DNA of 63,691 bases, the filler included, from Myxococcota bacterium (GTDB lineage Bacteria; Myxococcota_C; UBA6777): NCBI GenBank assembly GCA_023150835.1. It is 3 parts of 3 records of this genome, joined end to end, with 100 filler letters (N's around TTAATTAATTAA, not from the genome) between each part and the next. Parts side by side here need not be neighbours in the genome. Positions count along the whole stretch, not along the records: positions 24,624 to 48,447 come from JAKLKB010000109.1; positions 48,548 to 63,691 come from JAKLKB010000152.1; 1 more part is not named here. One strand, given 5' to 3'. A program made the translations under genes and the position numbers. This document shows positions 39,218 to 48,823 of the stretch, piece after piece (position 1 is the stretch's first letter; each line of letters opens with the position of its first letter). The notes below the pieces were generated by a model that saw only the letters and a list, made by a program, of their open reading frames with translations, was not told where the DNA came from and did not search any database.

Positions 39218-40111
39218 ATGCAAGCCTTTCTTGAAAGCCTCGTACCTTGGGGATATCAAGTCCTCCACAGCATCCAATCTTGGGCCCACCCTTGGCTTGA
39301 CGCCTTCTTTCTCGTCCTCACTCGGCTTGGCGATGCCGAAGGCTACCTCTTGCTCCTTCCCGTCATGTATTGGTGCGTCGATGCGCACGCTGGACGCCGC
39401 ATCAGCCTCGGCGTCTTGCACGTTCTGCTGCTCAACACAGTCATCAAGCTCTACGTCGCGATCCCCCGACCCGATCCCGCCAACATCCGTGTCATCGGAT
39501 ACGCCAAAGGCTTTTCTTTCCCCAGCGGCCACGCCCAAGGCGTCATGACCTTGGCCGCCTATCTTGGCCGTCACATCCGAAAACCTTGGTTCTGGTTCAC
39601 CCTCGCCGTCTTGACCCTCTCCATCGGCTTTTCTCGCCTGTACCTCGCCGTCCACTTCCCCCAAGATATCCTCGGCGGCTGGCTGCTCGCCCTCCTTGGA
39701 CTCGCCCTGCTGTGGACCCTCGAAGCCCCCCTCTCTTCGTGGCTTTCCCGCCAACCCCTCCTCCTCCAACTCGCTCTCTGCTTTCCTCTCCCCCTCTTCG
39801 TCTACTTCGCTTTCCATCACCCCTCCCGTGTCCCCGCCGCCGCCGCCGTCCTCGGCTTTGGCCTCGGCATCGCCCTCGAACGCCGCTTTGTTCGCTTTTC
39901 CTCCGACGGCCCCCTTCACCATCGCGCCTTGCGCTATCTCGCCGTCCTCCCCCTCGGTCTGATCGTCTTCGGACTCAAGCTCCTTTTGCCCGACTCCGAT
40001 CTCTCCCGCCTCTTCCGATACACCCTCGCCGCCACCTTCGGCACCTTCCTCGCCCCTTGGTTCTTCCTCCGCCTCGGCATCGCCTCCAAAGAATCTCCCC
40101 CTGCCCATTAG
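39218..40111 (+). CDS. PAP2-family phosphatase
   Basis: K..RP, SFPSGH, SRLYLAVHFPQD. Confidence 0.9.
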   Translation: MQAFLESLVPWGYQVLHSIQSWAHPWLDAFFLVLTRLGDAEGYLLLLPVMYWCVDAHAGRRISLGVLHVLLLNTVIKLYVAIPRPDPANIRVIGYAKGFSFPSGHAQGVMTLAAYLGRHIRKPWFWFTLAVLTLSIGFSRLYLAVHFPQDILGGWLLALLGLALLWTLEAPLSSWLSRQPLLLQLALCFPLPLFVYFAFHHPSRVPAAAAVLGFGLGIALERRFVRFSSDGPLHHRALRYLAVLPLGLIVFGLKLLLPDSDLSRLFRYTLAATFGTFLAPWFFLRLGIASKESPPAH

Positions 40112-40138
40112 CTTGGATTCGATTTTTGTTTTTGTTTT

Positions 40139-40256
40139 TGTGGGGTTTCACCCCACACCCCACAAGGGAGCTTTGCCCCCTTGACCCCCGTGTTGGCGAA
40201 ATGATCGTCGGTTTTTCAAACCAACCGCTGTGTCGCTTGAAATGCCGCGAACACGG
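40139..40256 (-). repeat. family B repeat, copy 4 (inverted)
   Basis: reverse complement matches the 12435-12546 blocks. Confidence 0.8.
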
Positions 40257-40263
40257 CGCATTG

Positions 40264-40458
40264 GAAAATTGCACTTTTCTCGAACCCACCCTCGCTAAAG
40301 TCCAGAAAACTGCACTTTCCCCGAACCCACCCTCGCTAAAGTCCAGAAAACTGCACTTTCCTCGAACCCACCCTCGCTAAAGTCCAGAAAACTGCACTTT
40401 CCTCGAACCCACCCTCGCTAAAGTCCAGAAAACTGCACTTTCCCCGAACCCACCCTCG
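40264..40458. repeat. 41-bp tandem repeat, ~4.7 copies
   Basis: CGAACCCACCCTCG at 40281, 40322, 40363, 40404, 40445; a further copy is split by the MITE at 40846. Confidence 0.95.
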
Positions 40459-40519
40459 GGGTCCGTTCAAACCAACGCCATGAGAGAGGTATCAAGATGC
40501 AACACATTTCAGCGAGGTC

Positions 40520-40790
40520 AACCACACATGGTTGCCCCTACGTGTTGGAAATCACACGGTGTTTTGTAGGGGCAGGCCCCCGTGCCTGCCCTCGCTCTGT
40601 TGCGTCGGTGACCTCGAGTGGGTCCGTTCAAACCAACCTCAGCTAGGGCAACCACACCTAGTTGCCCCTACGTGTTGGAAATCACACGGTGTTTACCACA
40701 CATGGTTGCCCCGACGTGTTGGAATCACACGGTGTTTCGTAGGGGCAGACAGGTGTGCCTGCCCTCGATCTATTGCGTCGGTGACCTCTT
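40520..40790. repeat. GTAG-type REP doublets (BIME-like), duplicated
   Basis: GTTGCCCCTAC..AATCACACGGTG..GTAGGGGCAG..CTGCCC units. Confidence 0.75.
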
Positions 40791-40845
40791 CATCGCCATC
40801 TGTTTTGAACGAACCCTCCAGAAAACTGCACTTTCCTCGAACTCA

Positions 40846-40959
40846 TACGGTGTCCGAGTGATCTGTGATCGAAGGAGAGTGCGTAGATGCCCGATTATTG
40901 GGCAGCCCCCTGTGGCTGCCCCTAACTTCTTTACGATCATACAACGGGCGGATCTCGTA
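40846..40959. mobile_element. complete MITE (family A), 114 bp, TCA target duplication
   Basis: TCA|TACGGTGTCCG...CGGATCTCGTA|TCA interrupting a copy of the 41-bp repeat. Confidence 0.85.
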
Positions 40960-41022
40960 TCACCCTCGCAAAAGTCCAAAAAAGTTCAGAGAACACGGGC
41001 AGAAAAAATGGGGGGGGGATTT

Positions 41023-41820
41023 TTAGGGGGTAGGTGGATTCGGAGAGACAGGAGAAGGCGCGGGAGTGGGTTCGGAGGCAGGTTTGGGGGAGGCAGAAGG
41101 CTCGTTGTGGATACCGGGGAAAAGCTCAGCCTGATCGTCAGGCACGAGACAGAGAGCGAACTTGCGGAGCATCCGATAGCTTTCAGCCCAAAGGGTATAA
41201 GCGCGACGCCAAAGGTCGGCGCTCTCTGCAACGGAAGATATTTGAAGGCTCTGCAACAGATCGGAGGCGGCGATCTTGGCTTCGGTGAGGTAGGAGTCGG
41301 TTAAGAGGGCATAGGCGGCTCGTTGTTGGGGATAGCGGCCCAAGAGTTCGAGCCAAGCCAAGACATCTTCAGCATCGTCTCGACGCCCTCGTCCTTGTTG
41401 GATCTTTTTGATGCGTTCTTGTTCTTGGGCGACGCCTCGAAACAGCAACAAGCAGATCTGTTCAAGTTCGACATCGTAGCCACGCACGCGCTCTACCAAC
41501 AAACGAAACGTCTCGGAACGTTCGCCCGCCGAAAGATCGTATTGATGGTCGGCTTGGTAGAACAACCAAAAGAGTTCAGGCAAGGCGCGGTAAGCTTGTT
41601 CGAGAGCGGCGATGCGTTCGGAGCTGAATTCTTTGGGGAGCTTGGGCAACAACACTTCGAATTGGGTACGCATGGTTTCGGTGAGCGTTTGTGCGCGCAC
41701 ACGACGAACACGCGGTCGCTGTACCGCCTCCAGCGAGACGGCAAGAAGGCTGGGTTTCTTTTGCTGGAGGATCGTTGTGAGATCGGGTTGGGGCAAGACC
41801 TTGTTTTTTGTCGCGGTCAT
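41023..41820 (-). CDS. hypothetical helical protein with Pro-rich tail
   Basis: GAGGAG RBS; 265 aa; no recognised motif. Confidence 0.7.
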   Translation of the reverse strand: MTATKNKVLPQPDLTTILQQKKPSLLAVSLEAVQRPRVRRVRAQTLTETMRTQFEVLLPKLPKEFSSERIAALEQAYRALPELFWLFYQADHQYDLSAGERSETFRLLVERVRGYDVELEQICLLLFRGVAQEQERIKKIQQGRGRRDDAEDVLAWLELLGRYPQQRAAYALLTDSYLTEAKIAASDLLQSLQISSVAESADLWRRAYTLWAESYRMLRKFALCLVPDDQAELFPGIHNEPSASPKPASEPTPAPSPVSPNPPTP

Positions 41821-42144
41821 GTGGACTCCTCAGTACATCAAAAAGGACAGAAGACGCTTCTCGCAGAAAACAATCGTTGATTCGCTAGGTGTTTGCGGCA
41901 GGTCTCCGCATCTCTCTGTTTTACAGCGTGGTTGTTATCCTACAGATCTCCATCGCCCACGCAAGCCTTTTTTCTTCACCGCAAACCACCGCCCCACACT
42001 TCCTCTTCCTCTGCCTTGCGTTCTATCGCCCCCCCACGCTTCCTCTGCCTCTGCCTTGCGTTCTATCGCCTCCCTTCTCCTTCCTTCCCCTTCTCCTTTC
42101 TGCCTTCTTTCCGTGTCGTCCGTGGACTCTTCCTCTGCCGTATC

Positions 42145-42807
42145 TTAGCGTTTGCGCACCAAGGTCAGTCCGTCAGCGATGGGGAGCAGACTCATCGACA
42201 CGCGGTCGTCGTCGTGGATCTTGGCGTTGAGGGCGCGGATGGCGAGGGTATCGACTTCTTGGTCGTTGGGGTCGGCCACCGAACCGCCCCACAAGACGTT
42301 ATCGACAAGCAGCAAACCGCCGCGCCGCAACAAGCGCAAGCAAAGTTCGTAATAAGCGTCATAGTTGCTTTTATCGGCATCGATGAACGCCATATCGAAG
42401 GTGCCAGCTTGTCCCGCATCCAACAAGCCTTGCAACGTCTCCACCGCAGGAGCCAAACGCAACGTCATCTTGTGCGCGACTCCCGCATCCGCCCAATAAC
42501 GCCGAGCGATATCCGTCCATTCTTCGCTGACATCACAGGCCCAAAGCTGCCCATCTTCGGGCAAAGCCAATGCCATCGACAGCGCACTATAACCCGTGAA
42601 GGTCCCCACTTCCACGATCTTCCTTGCCCCTGTCAGCTCGACCAAAAAGCCCATCAATTGGCCTTGTTCAGGCGCGATCTGCATCCGAGCCATCGGCAAC
42701 AACGCTGTCTCTTCACGCAAAGACCGCTGCAACGCCGTCTCTCGCAAAGAATGCTGTAAAAAATACGAAAATAGCCGATCATCCAACGCCAACGTCCGAT
42801 TTGACAT
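42145..42807 (-). CDS. SAM-dependent O-methyltransferase (caffeoyl-CoA OMT type)
   Basis: MQIAPEQGQ, EVGTFTGYS, FIDADK, DNVLWGG. Confidence 0.92.
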   Translation of the reverse strand: MSNRTLALDDRLFSYFLQHSLRETALQRSLREETALLPMARMQIAPEQGQLMGFLVELTGARKIVEVGTFTGYSALSMALALPEDGQLWACDVSEEWTDIARRYWADAGVAHKMTLRLAPAVETLQGLLDAGQAGTFDMAFIDADKSNYDAYYELCLRLLRRGGLLLVDNVLWGGSVADPNDQEVDTLAIRALNAKIHDDDRVSMSLLPIADGLTLVRKR

Positions 42808-42937
42808 CAGTTCTACTCCTTTTGGTTCTCGACACACCAACGAAAAACCCGCGACTGCGCCCTTGCTGATAGCATAGGAGCGGCGCGGTTGGATAGATTT
42901 GTGGGAAGATCGTGCGATGTCAAACCAAGTGGTGCGG

Positions 42938-43002
42938 TGTCGAACTTTGAGGGCGGGCGTCGCGTCTGCGCGGATACGCTTGACCGCACAAGCCAGATCA
43001 GC
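42938..43002 (+). repeat. 65-bp direct repeat, left of the TA pair
   Basis: 59/65 identical to 44236-44300 by manual alignment. Confidence 0.9.
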
Positions 43003-43130
43003 CTCAAGATATTCGAGTCCTCATGCCTTCGGGCGTTGCGCCATCATCGCTCCTCTTCTTGGCTTGATTCTTTTGTTTCACTTGCTACACTTGCTTCGTT
43101 TGTATCCAAACGAAGGAACAGGACAAAACA

Positions 43131-43586
43131 ATGGCTCTTCAAAACCCACCGTTGACCCCAACAGCCCAAGAAACATCGCTCGCCAAAAGGTCAAGCCAAA
43201 TTCTCGCAAAGCACCTAAAGAGCGGAGGGAGCGTCAAGCTGAAACTCGATCAAGCGGGTCAGCCCGAAGAAGTACTTGAAATCCCTTCTTCTCTGTTGCA
43301 CTTGCTTCACCGCGTGTTGGAAGAGATGGCGAAAGGAAACACGCTCGCCATCTTCCCACAAGAAGAAGAACTGACGACAAGTCAAGCCGCTGAGGTGTTG
43401 GGGGTTTCGAGGCCCTTCCTCCTGAAGCTGCTGGAAGACGGTGAAATAGCCTACCGACAAGTCGGCTCTCATCGGCGAATCACCTCCAAAGAACTGGTGG
43501 AATACAAAGAGCGAACAAAAAAGCAACGAAAAGAAGTGCTTGATCAACTCGCAGCAGAAGCACAAGAACTCGATATGGGTTATTAG
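43131..43586 (+). CDS. excisionase-family HTH protein (putative antitoxin)
   Basis: ELTTSQAAEVLGVSRPFLLKLLE.GEI..VGSHRRI. Confidence 0.88.
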   Translation: MALQNPPLTPTAQETSLAKRSSQILAKHLKSGGSVKLKLDQAGQPEEVLEIPSSLLHLLHRVLEEMAKGNTLAIFPQEEELTTSQAAEVLGVSRPFLLKLLEDGEIAYRQVGSHRRITSKELVEYKERTKKQRKEVLDQLAAEAQELDMGY

Positions 43587-43589
43587 GCG

Positions 43590-44159
43590 ATGCCTCATTT
43601 TTCCGCGCTGTTCGATGCTTGCGTTCTTTATCCAGCTCCTCTCCGAGATCTTTTGATGCGCCTTGCTTTGATCGGCTTGTTTCAAGCGAAATGGAGTGCG
43701 CAAATCCACGAGGAATGGATGCGAAATGTGTTGCAAAGTCGGCCTGACCTCAGCAGAGAAAGGCTTGAAAAAACGAGGGAGTTGATGGATCGGCACGCCA
43801 CTGACGCGCTTGTTGAAGGATACGAACATCTTATTCACCAACTCGAGCTTCCCGACGAAGGAGATCGACACGTTCTCGCTGCCGCGATACACGCCAAAGT
43901 CGACGTGATCGTGACATTTAACCTCAAGGATTTCCCTCGCTCTGTGTTGCGACCGTACGGAATCCTCCCTCTACACCCTGACGTCTTTCTTTGCGAATTG
44001 CTCGATATCGACCAAGACTCGGTCTGTCAAGCTGTGCGCGAGCAGCGTTTGTCTCTCAAAAATCCTCCCAAAACGGCACGCGATCTACTCGAAACCCTCG
44101 AACAGCAAGGCTTGAAAAAAAGCGTCGAGCGATTGAACGAGAAACTTGCTCTTCTCTGA
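43590..44159 (+). CDS. PIN-domain protein (VapC-like toxin)
   Basis: DACVLYP..LRD, EEW, DRHVLAAA, IVTFNLKDFP. Confidence 0.9.
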   Translation: MPHFSALFDACVLYPAPLRDLLMRLALIGLFQAKWSAQIHEEWMRNVLQSRPDLSRERLEKTRELMDRHATDALVEGYEHLIHQLELPDEGDRHVLAAAIHAKVDVIVTFNLKDFPRSVLRPYGILPLHPDVFLCELLDIDQDSVCQAVREQRLSLKNPPKTARDLLETLEQQGLKKSVERLNEKLALL

Positions 44160-44235
44160 CCTTTTTTGAAACCCGACACCTCAACAAACCCATCCAACCA
44201 GCGAACCCATCCAACAGCGGGCGAACACAAACCGA

Positions 44236-44300
44236 TGTCGAACTTTGGGGGAGGGCATCGCGTCTGCGCGGATACGCTTGACCACACACGCTAGATCAGC
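44236..44300 (+). repeat. 65-bp direct repeat, right of the TA pair
   Basis: matches 42938-43002. Confidence 0.9.
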
Positions 44301-44373
44301 TAAAGAAGCCGTCTCTTTTTCTTTGGATGCTTCGCCCAACACGATCTAGGCTGTGAGATCCGCAGGAGGCCGC

Positions 44374-46341
44374 GTGAACACATTTTATATCTCGACGCCC
44401 ATCTACTACGTTAACGGCGCACCGCACATCGGGCATGCGTACACAACGATCGTGGCCGATGCTTTTGCTCGCTACTATCGACAAGCCGGATACGACGTGT
44501 TTTTTCAAACAGGAACGGACGAACACGGGCTCAAGATCCAACGGGCCGCCGAAAGCCTTGGCATCTCCCCCCGTGAATTGGCCGATATCAACTCCGCCAA
44601 GTTTCTCGAACTCTTCAAAAAACTCGATATCCGATACGACCGATTCATCCGCACCACCGAAGAGGCCCACAAAGCCGTCGTCACCGAAGTGGTCCGACGC
44701 ATGATCGAACATGGCGACGTCTATCTCGCCAAGTACGCAGGCTGGTACTCCGCAAGCGATGAAGCCTATTACGATGAGCTAGAAGTCGAAAACGGTCGTG
44801 CCAAAGCCAGCGGTTCGGTGGTCGAATGGGTCGAAGAAGAAAGCTATTTCTTCCGATTGAGCCGATACGCCGAGCCTTTGCTGCGTTGGTACAAAGAGGA
44901 TCCCCAAAGCGTTCAACCCGATGCGCGGCGCAATGAAGTGATCGCGTTCGTCGAAGGCGGCCTCAAAGACCTTTCGATCAGCCGCACGACTTTTTCTTGG
45001 GGAATCCCCATGCCCCAAGATCCCAAACACGTCCTCTACGTCTGGGTGGACGCCCTCACCAACTACATCACAGGCGCAGGTGCCTTCCAAGACGAAGAAC
45101 GCTATGCGCGATATTGGCCTTGCGATATCCACCTGATCGGCAAAGATATCTTGCGCTTTCATGCGGTGTATTGGCCCGCTTTCTTGTTGAGCGCAGGACT
45201 GACCGTCCCCAAACAAGTCTTTGCACATGGCTGGTGGATGAACGAAGGCTACAAGATGAGCAAGTCGCTCAACAACTTTATTGATGCCTTCGCTCTGGCC
45301 GAAGAATACGAACTGGATGTCTTGCGCTACTATCTCTTGCGTGAAGTCCCCCTCGGAAACGACGGCAACTTTGCACGCGAACGGTTGATCGAACGCAACA
45401 ACGGCGAACTGGCCGACAACATCGGCAACTTGGTGAATCGCACCTTGCGGATGGCCCAAGGCTACATCCAAAACCAAGCCCCCGCACCCGCCGAAACCAA
45501 CGAAGAGATCGATCGCAACTTGCGCAATGCAGCCGCCGAAGCAGTCCAAAAGATCGATGAATTCGTCAGCAAGCGGCAGCTTCATTTTGCGCTTGAACAA
45601 CTGCTATCGTGGAGCAGCGCGCTCAACCTGTATGTCCATACCACCGAGCCTTGGAAACTTCAAAAAGCCGAAGATCCCACGCGCTTGCACCAAGTCCTCT
45701 ACCACGCCCTCGAAGGCATCCGTATCTTGGGCATCCTCGCGGCTGCGTTTTTGCCCAACACCTCGGACAAGATCCTCGATGCGTTGAGCCAAACCGCCCC
45801 CGAACAACGGCTATTTTCTGCGCTTGCTTGGGGTGGACTCCAAGAAGGAACCCCCCTGAACAAACCCGAGATCCTCTTTACCAAGTTCGAGACCAAGATG
45901 ACACAAGACAACACAAACCAAGCAACCACCGAACCCAAAGCCGCTGAAGCCAAACCCGCTGAAGCCAAAAAAGAAAAGAAAGACAAAAAAGAAAAAGTCG
46001 AAGAACCCACAGGCCCGATCGACTTCAGCGACTTTACGAAGGTGGAACTGCGCGTCGCCAAGATCCTCTCCGCAGAACGCGTCGAAGGTGCAGAAAAGCT
46101 ACTCAAGCTCTCCGTCGACCTCGGCGAAGAACTGCCCCGCACCGTCGTCGCAGGCATCGCCAAAAGCTTCGCCCCCGAAGAACTGGTCGGACTCCACGTC
46201 GCCACCGTCGCCAACCTCAAACCCGCCAAGCTCTTTGGCATCCCCAGTCAAGCCATGCTACTCGCTGCCGACCGCCCCGACGGAAAAGTCGAACTCACCC
46301 GCTACAGCACCGATATCACTCCCGGAACACGCATCCGCTAA
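44374..46341 (+). CDS. metG: methionine--tRNA ligase with C-terminal tRNA-binding domain
   Basis: STPIYYVN, HIGH, GTDEHG, KMSKS; AGGAGG RBS before GTG. Confidence 0.97.
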   Translation: MNTFYISTPIYYVNGAPHIGHAYTTIVADAFARYYRQAGYDVFFQTGTDEHGLKIQRAAESLGISPRELADINSAKFLELFKKLDIRYDRFIRTTEEAHKAVVTEVVRRMIEHGDVYLAKYAGWYSASDEAYYDELEVENGRAKASGSVVEWVEEESYFFRLSRYAEPLLRWYKEDPQSVQPDARRNEVIAFVEGGLKDLSISRTTFSWGIPMPQDPKHVLYVWVDALTNYITGAGAFQDEERYARYWPCDIHLIGKDILRFHAVYWPAFLLSAGLTVPKQVFAHGWWMNEGYKMSKSLNNFIDAFALAEEYELDVLRYYLLREVPLGNDGNFARERLIERNNGELADNIGNLVNRTLRMAQGYIQNQAPAPAETNEEIDRNLRNAAAEAVQKIDEFVSKRQLHFALEQLLSWSSALNLYVHTTEPWKLQKAEDPTRLHQVLYHALEGIRILGILAAAFLPNTSDKILDALSQTAPEQRLFSALAWGGLQEGTPLNKPEILFTKFETKMTQDNTNQATTEPKAAEAKPAEAKKEKKDKKEKVEEPTGPIDFSDFTKVELRVAKILSAERVEGAEKLLKLSVDLGEELPRTVVAGIAKSFAPEELVGLHVATVANLKPAKLFGIPSQAMLLAADRPDGKVELTRYSTDITPGTRIR

Positions 46342-48045
46342 TCAAAGCGTAGGTTCGGGTTCTTCCTTCTCTCCCCATCTCAGATTTCGCGCATAGCGCG
46401 GAAGCTCCCATGTTTTCGTGCTTTCGCTCCAAAAATAACGCGGCGGAAAATGCCCGTGCGAGAGGATTTTTTGTAAGTGCCGTCGCTGGTAAGGCGTGAG
46501 CTTTTGCCAACGCATCGGCGTATCCACAAGGATCTTTTGCGTTTGTAAGGCAAGCAAATGTTGACGAAATATCTCAGAAAGCTGAGCGATGGCTTCTTCG
46601 TGTGGAGGCGGAGCTTTCGCAAGCACTGCCCGATTGGATTGCGAAAGCAAGAGCGCCGCCCCTGTCTGCTCGGGATCAGAAACCACCCAAAAGATCTCTC
46701 GCACACGCTCACCACCAAAAAAATACAAGTCCACCACCCGAAACGCATGCAGATCCATCGGCCAACCATCCACATCCAACGCGATCTGCGTAGCACGATG
46801 ATTCGATGACGGATCGCCTCCATCATCCGTCGATTCGATAGGGATCGATCGTTGGAAAGCTCCATCGGCTTGCGATGAGTCAGAGGATACGGGTGGCTCC
46901 GAGGATGCGGATGATTCCACAGATTCGGCAGGTTCGGAGGATTCGGGTTCGGCAGACTCGGAGGATGCGGGTGGTTTCGACGGCGTGGAAAGTTCGGAGG
47001 ATGTGGAAGACTCGGCAGGTTCGGAGGATGTGGAAGATTCAGCAGGCTCGGACGATGTGAAAAGTTCGGAGGATGGAGAGAGTTCGGAGATATCGAGGAT
47101 TTGGAAGGGATGAGGTTGAGGGGAAGAAGGGGGAGGCTTGGGAGAGGGAGTGGTGTAAGGAGCGTAAGGGTTGGCGGGTTTACAAAGGCGTTTTTGTGGA
47201 TCGGTGAGGGTGCCGAGGACGGTACGAAGGACAGGAAGAGGGTTGCCGTAATGCCAAGGGCGCTCGGAGCGGTACAGGTGTTCGTTAACGGGGGCGATCA
47301 GGCAGGGATAAGGATAATCGGCCCACGCGGAGCATTGTTCTTCGAGAAAGCGCTTGAGTTCTTGTACAGGGAGGAGGAGCAAACCAGCGATGACTTCGCC
47401 TTTGTAGAAAAACAGCAAGTCGGGGGAGTCGTTGCGTAGTTCGTGAGAGAGGCGAATAAAGTCCCATCCAGTCAGCCAAAGCTCGCTGTGTTCGGGCAAA
47501 GTGAACTCCAATTCGGCGCAAGTGCGAAATCCAGCCTCGGAGAGCCATTGGAGATGGAGGGCGGGGCCATGCCAGAGATGACGGGCGATATACATACGCT
47601 GATTGAGGCGGTGGATCGAGGTCAGATCGCGGCGAGCGCGATCGCGGAAGTGTTGCCAAAGCTTCGCACCAAGGGGCAGTTCGGGCATCGTTTCGAGCGC
47701 GAGGGCGAGATGGATCTGGGCCAAGATATCAGGCTCGTTGTGTGCAACCATCTCGGAAGGGATACGCAAAACACGCAGGCCTCGGCTTTCCATGATCTGA
47801 TCGCGGTGAAGATCCGTCAGTAGGCGGGTTTCGTGATAAGGACCGTCGATCTCGACCACCAGTCCTTGTCGAGCAAAGTGCAGATCCGCGATCCATCCGA
47901 GGATGCGCTGTTGTCGCAGAACTTCGTTGCCCCACTCTGTTGCACGCAAAGACTCCCACAAGCGGCGTTCCGCATGGGTCGGATACTCGCGCATGATGCG
48001 AGCAAACTTTTGTTTGTGTTGAGTCGTGCGTCGAAAGCGAGCCAT
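46342..48045 (-). CDS. DUF559 (Vsr-like) endonuclease domain protein with long C-terminal region
   Basis: AR.MR..PT.AE..LW, RQ, IAD, VVEIDG..H, RD, GLRVLR; Ser/Glu/Pro repeats. Confidence 0.75.
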   Translation of the reverse strand: MARFRRTTQHKQKFARIMREYPTHAERRLWESLRATEWGNEVLRQQRILGWIADLHFARQGLVVEIDGPYHETRLLTDLHRDQIMESRGLRVLRIPSEMVAHNEPDILAQIHLALALETMPELPLGAKLWQHFRDRARRDLTSIHRLNQRMYIARHLWHGPALHLQWLSEAGFRTCAELEFTLPEHSELWLTGWDFIRLSHELRNDSPDLLFFYKGEVIAGLLLLPVQELKRFLEEQCSAWADYPYPCLIAPVNEHLYRSERPWHYGNPLPVLRTVLGTLTDPQKRLCKPANPYAPYTTPSPKPPPSSPQPHPFQILDISELSPSSELFTSSEPAESSTSSEPAESSTSSELSTPSKPPASSESAEPESSEPAESVESSASSEPPVSSDSSQADGAFQRSIPIESTDDGGDPSSNHRATQIALDVDGWPMDLHAFRVVDLYFFGGERVREIFWVVSDPEQTGAALLLSQSNRAVLAKAPPPHEEAIAQLSEIFRQHLLALQTQKILVDTPMRWQKLTPYQRRHLQKILSHGHFPPRYFWSESTKTWELPRYARNLRWGEKEEPEPTL

Positions 48046-48061
48046 CCACGAGCCTTTCGGC

Positions 48062-48114
48062 GACTCTCCCCCTCGCCTCTACGAAGTAGGGAGAGGCGGT
48101 CGGGGGGTGAGGGT
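48062..48114. repeat. palindromic REP-like element upstream of the DUF559 gene
   Basis: CTCTCCCCCTCGCC..GGGAGAGG..GGGGGGTGAGGG. Confidence 0.55.
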
Positions 48115-48220
48115 TGAGCGAGATCGCGCCTGTAGATCAGACCATCATCACAAAGCGGGTTCTCCGTCAAGCCAATACCGCAAAACGTCGGGGGAGAGAA
48201 CGCTTTGATGTGGTGTATTA

Positions 48221-48447
48221 TACGATATCCGAGTGATATGTGATCGTAGGAGAGTGCGTAGAGTCCCGATTATCGGGCAGCCACAGGGGGCTGCCCCTAC
48301 AGTATCCGTAAAAAGCGTACACAAAGCGTCATTCGGAGACGCCCGATTCTTGGGCAGCCACAGGGGTCTGCCCCTACAGTATCCGTAAGAAGCGCACACA
48401 AAGCGTCATTCGGAGACGCCCGATTCTTGGGCAGCCACAGGGGGCTG
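48221..48447. repeat. family A MITE end followed by 77-bp tandem REP units
   Basis: TTA|TACGATATCCG; GGGCAGCCACAGGGG at 48275, 48352, 48429. Confidence 0.85.
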
Positions 48448-48547
48448 NNNNNNNNNNNNNNNNNNNNNNNNNNNNNNNNNNNNNNNNNNNNTTAATTAAT
48501 TAANNNNNNNNNNNNNNNNNNNNNNNNNNNNNNNNNNNNNNNNNNNN
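48448..48547. other. assembly gap / artificial linker
   Basis: N run containing TTAATTAATTAA. Confidence 0.98.
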
Positions 48548-48755
48548 GAAAAAGTAGGGGCAGACAGGTGTGGCTGCCCAATCACAGGGCGTTTACAACA
48601 AACCGCATCGACGCTTATGGATACGCTTTTGACGGATATTGTAGGAAGGATGATCGCAAACGAATGGCATGAGTTGGTCCAAGTGCAACAGGGGGCTGCC
48701 CTATAACAAGGCGTCTACGCACGGCCCTTCAATCACATATCACTCGGATATCGTG
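48548..48755. repeat. REP units and inverted family A end
   Basis: GTAGGGGCAG..CTGCCC; ATCACATATCACTCGGATATCGT is the reverse complement of the 48221 end. Confidence 0.7.
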
Positions 48756-48823
48756 TGGTAGGATTGGTGCAGTTTGGTGGGGCAGGGTATCCCCCACACC
48801 AGCGAGCCGATGGCACTGGCCGA

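Noticed and set aside
40264-40458. CRISPR array
   Set aside because: Pure 41-bp tandem repeat without spacers
42938-43002. 65-bp repeats as attC sites
   Set aside because: No RYYYAAC/GTTRRRY pair and no full-length hairpin
48275-48447. CRISPR array
   Set aside because: 77-bp REP units with near-identical linkers
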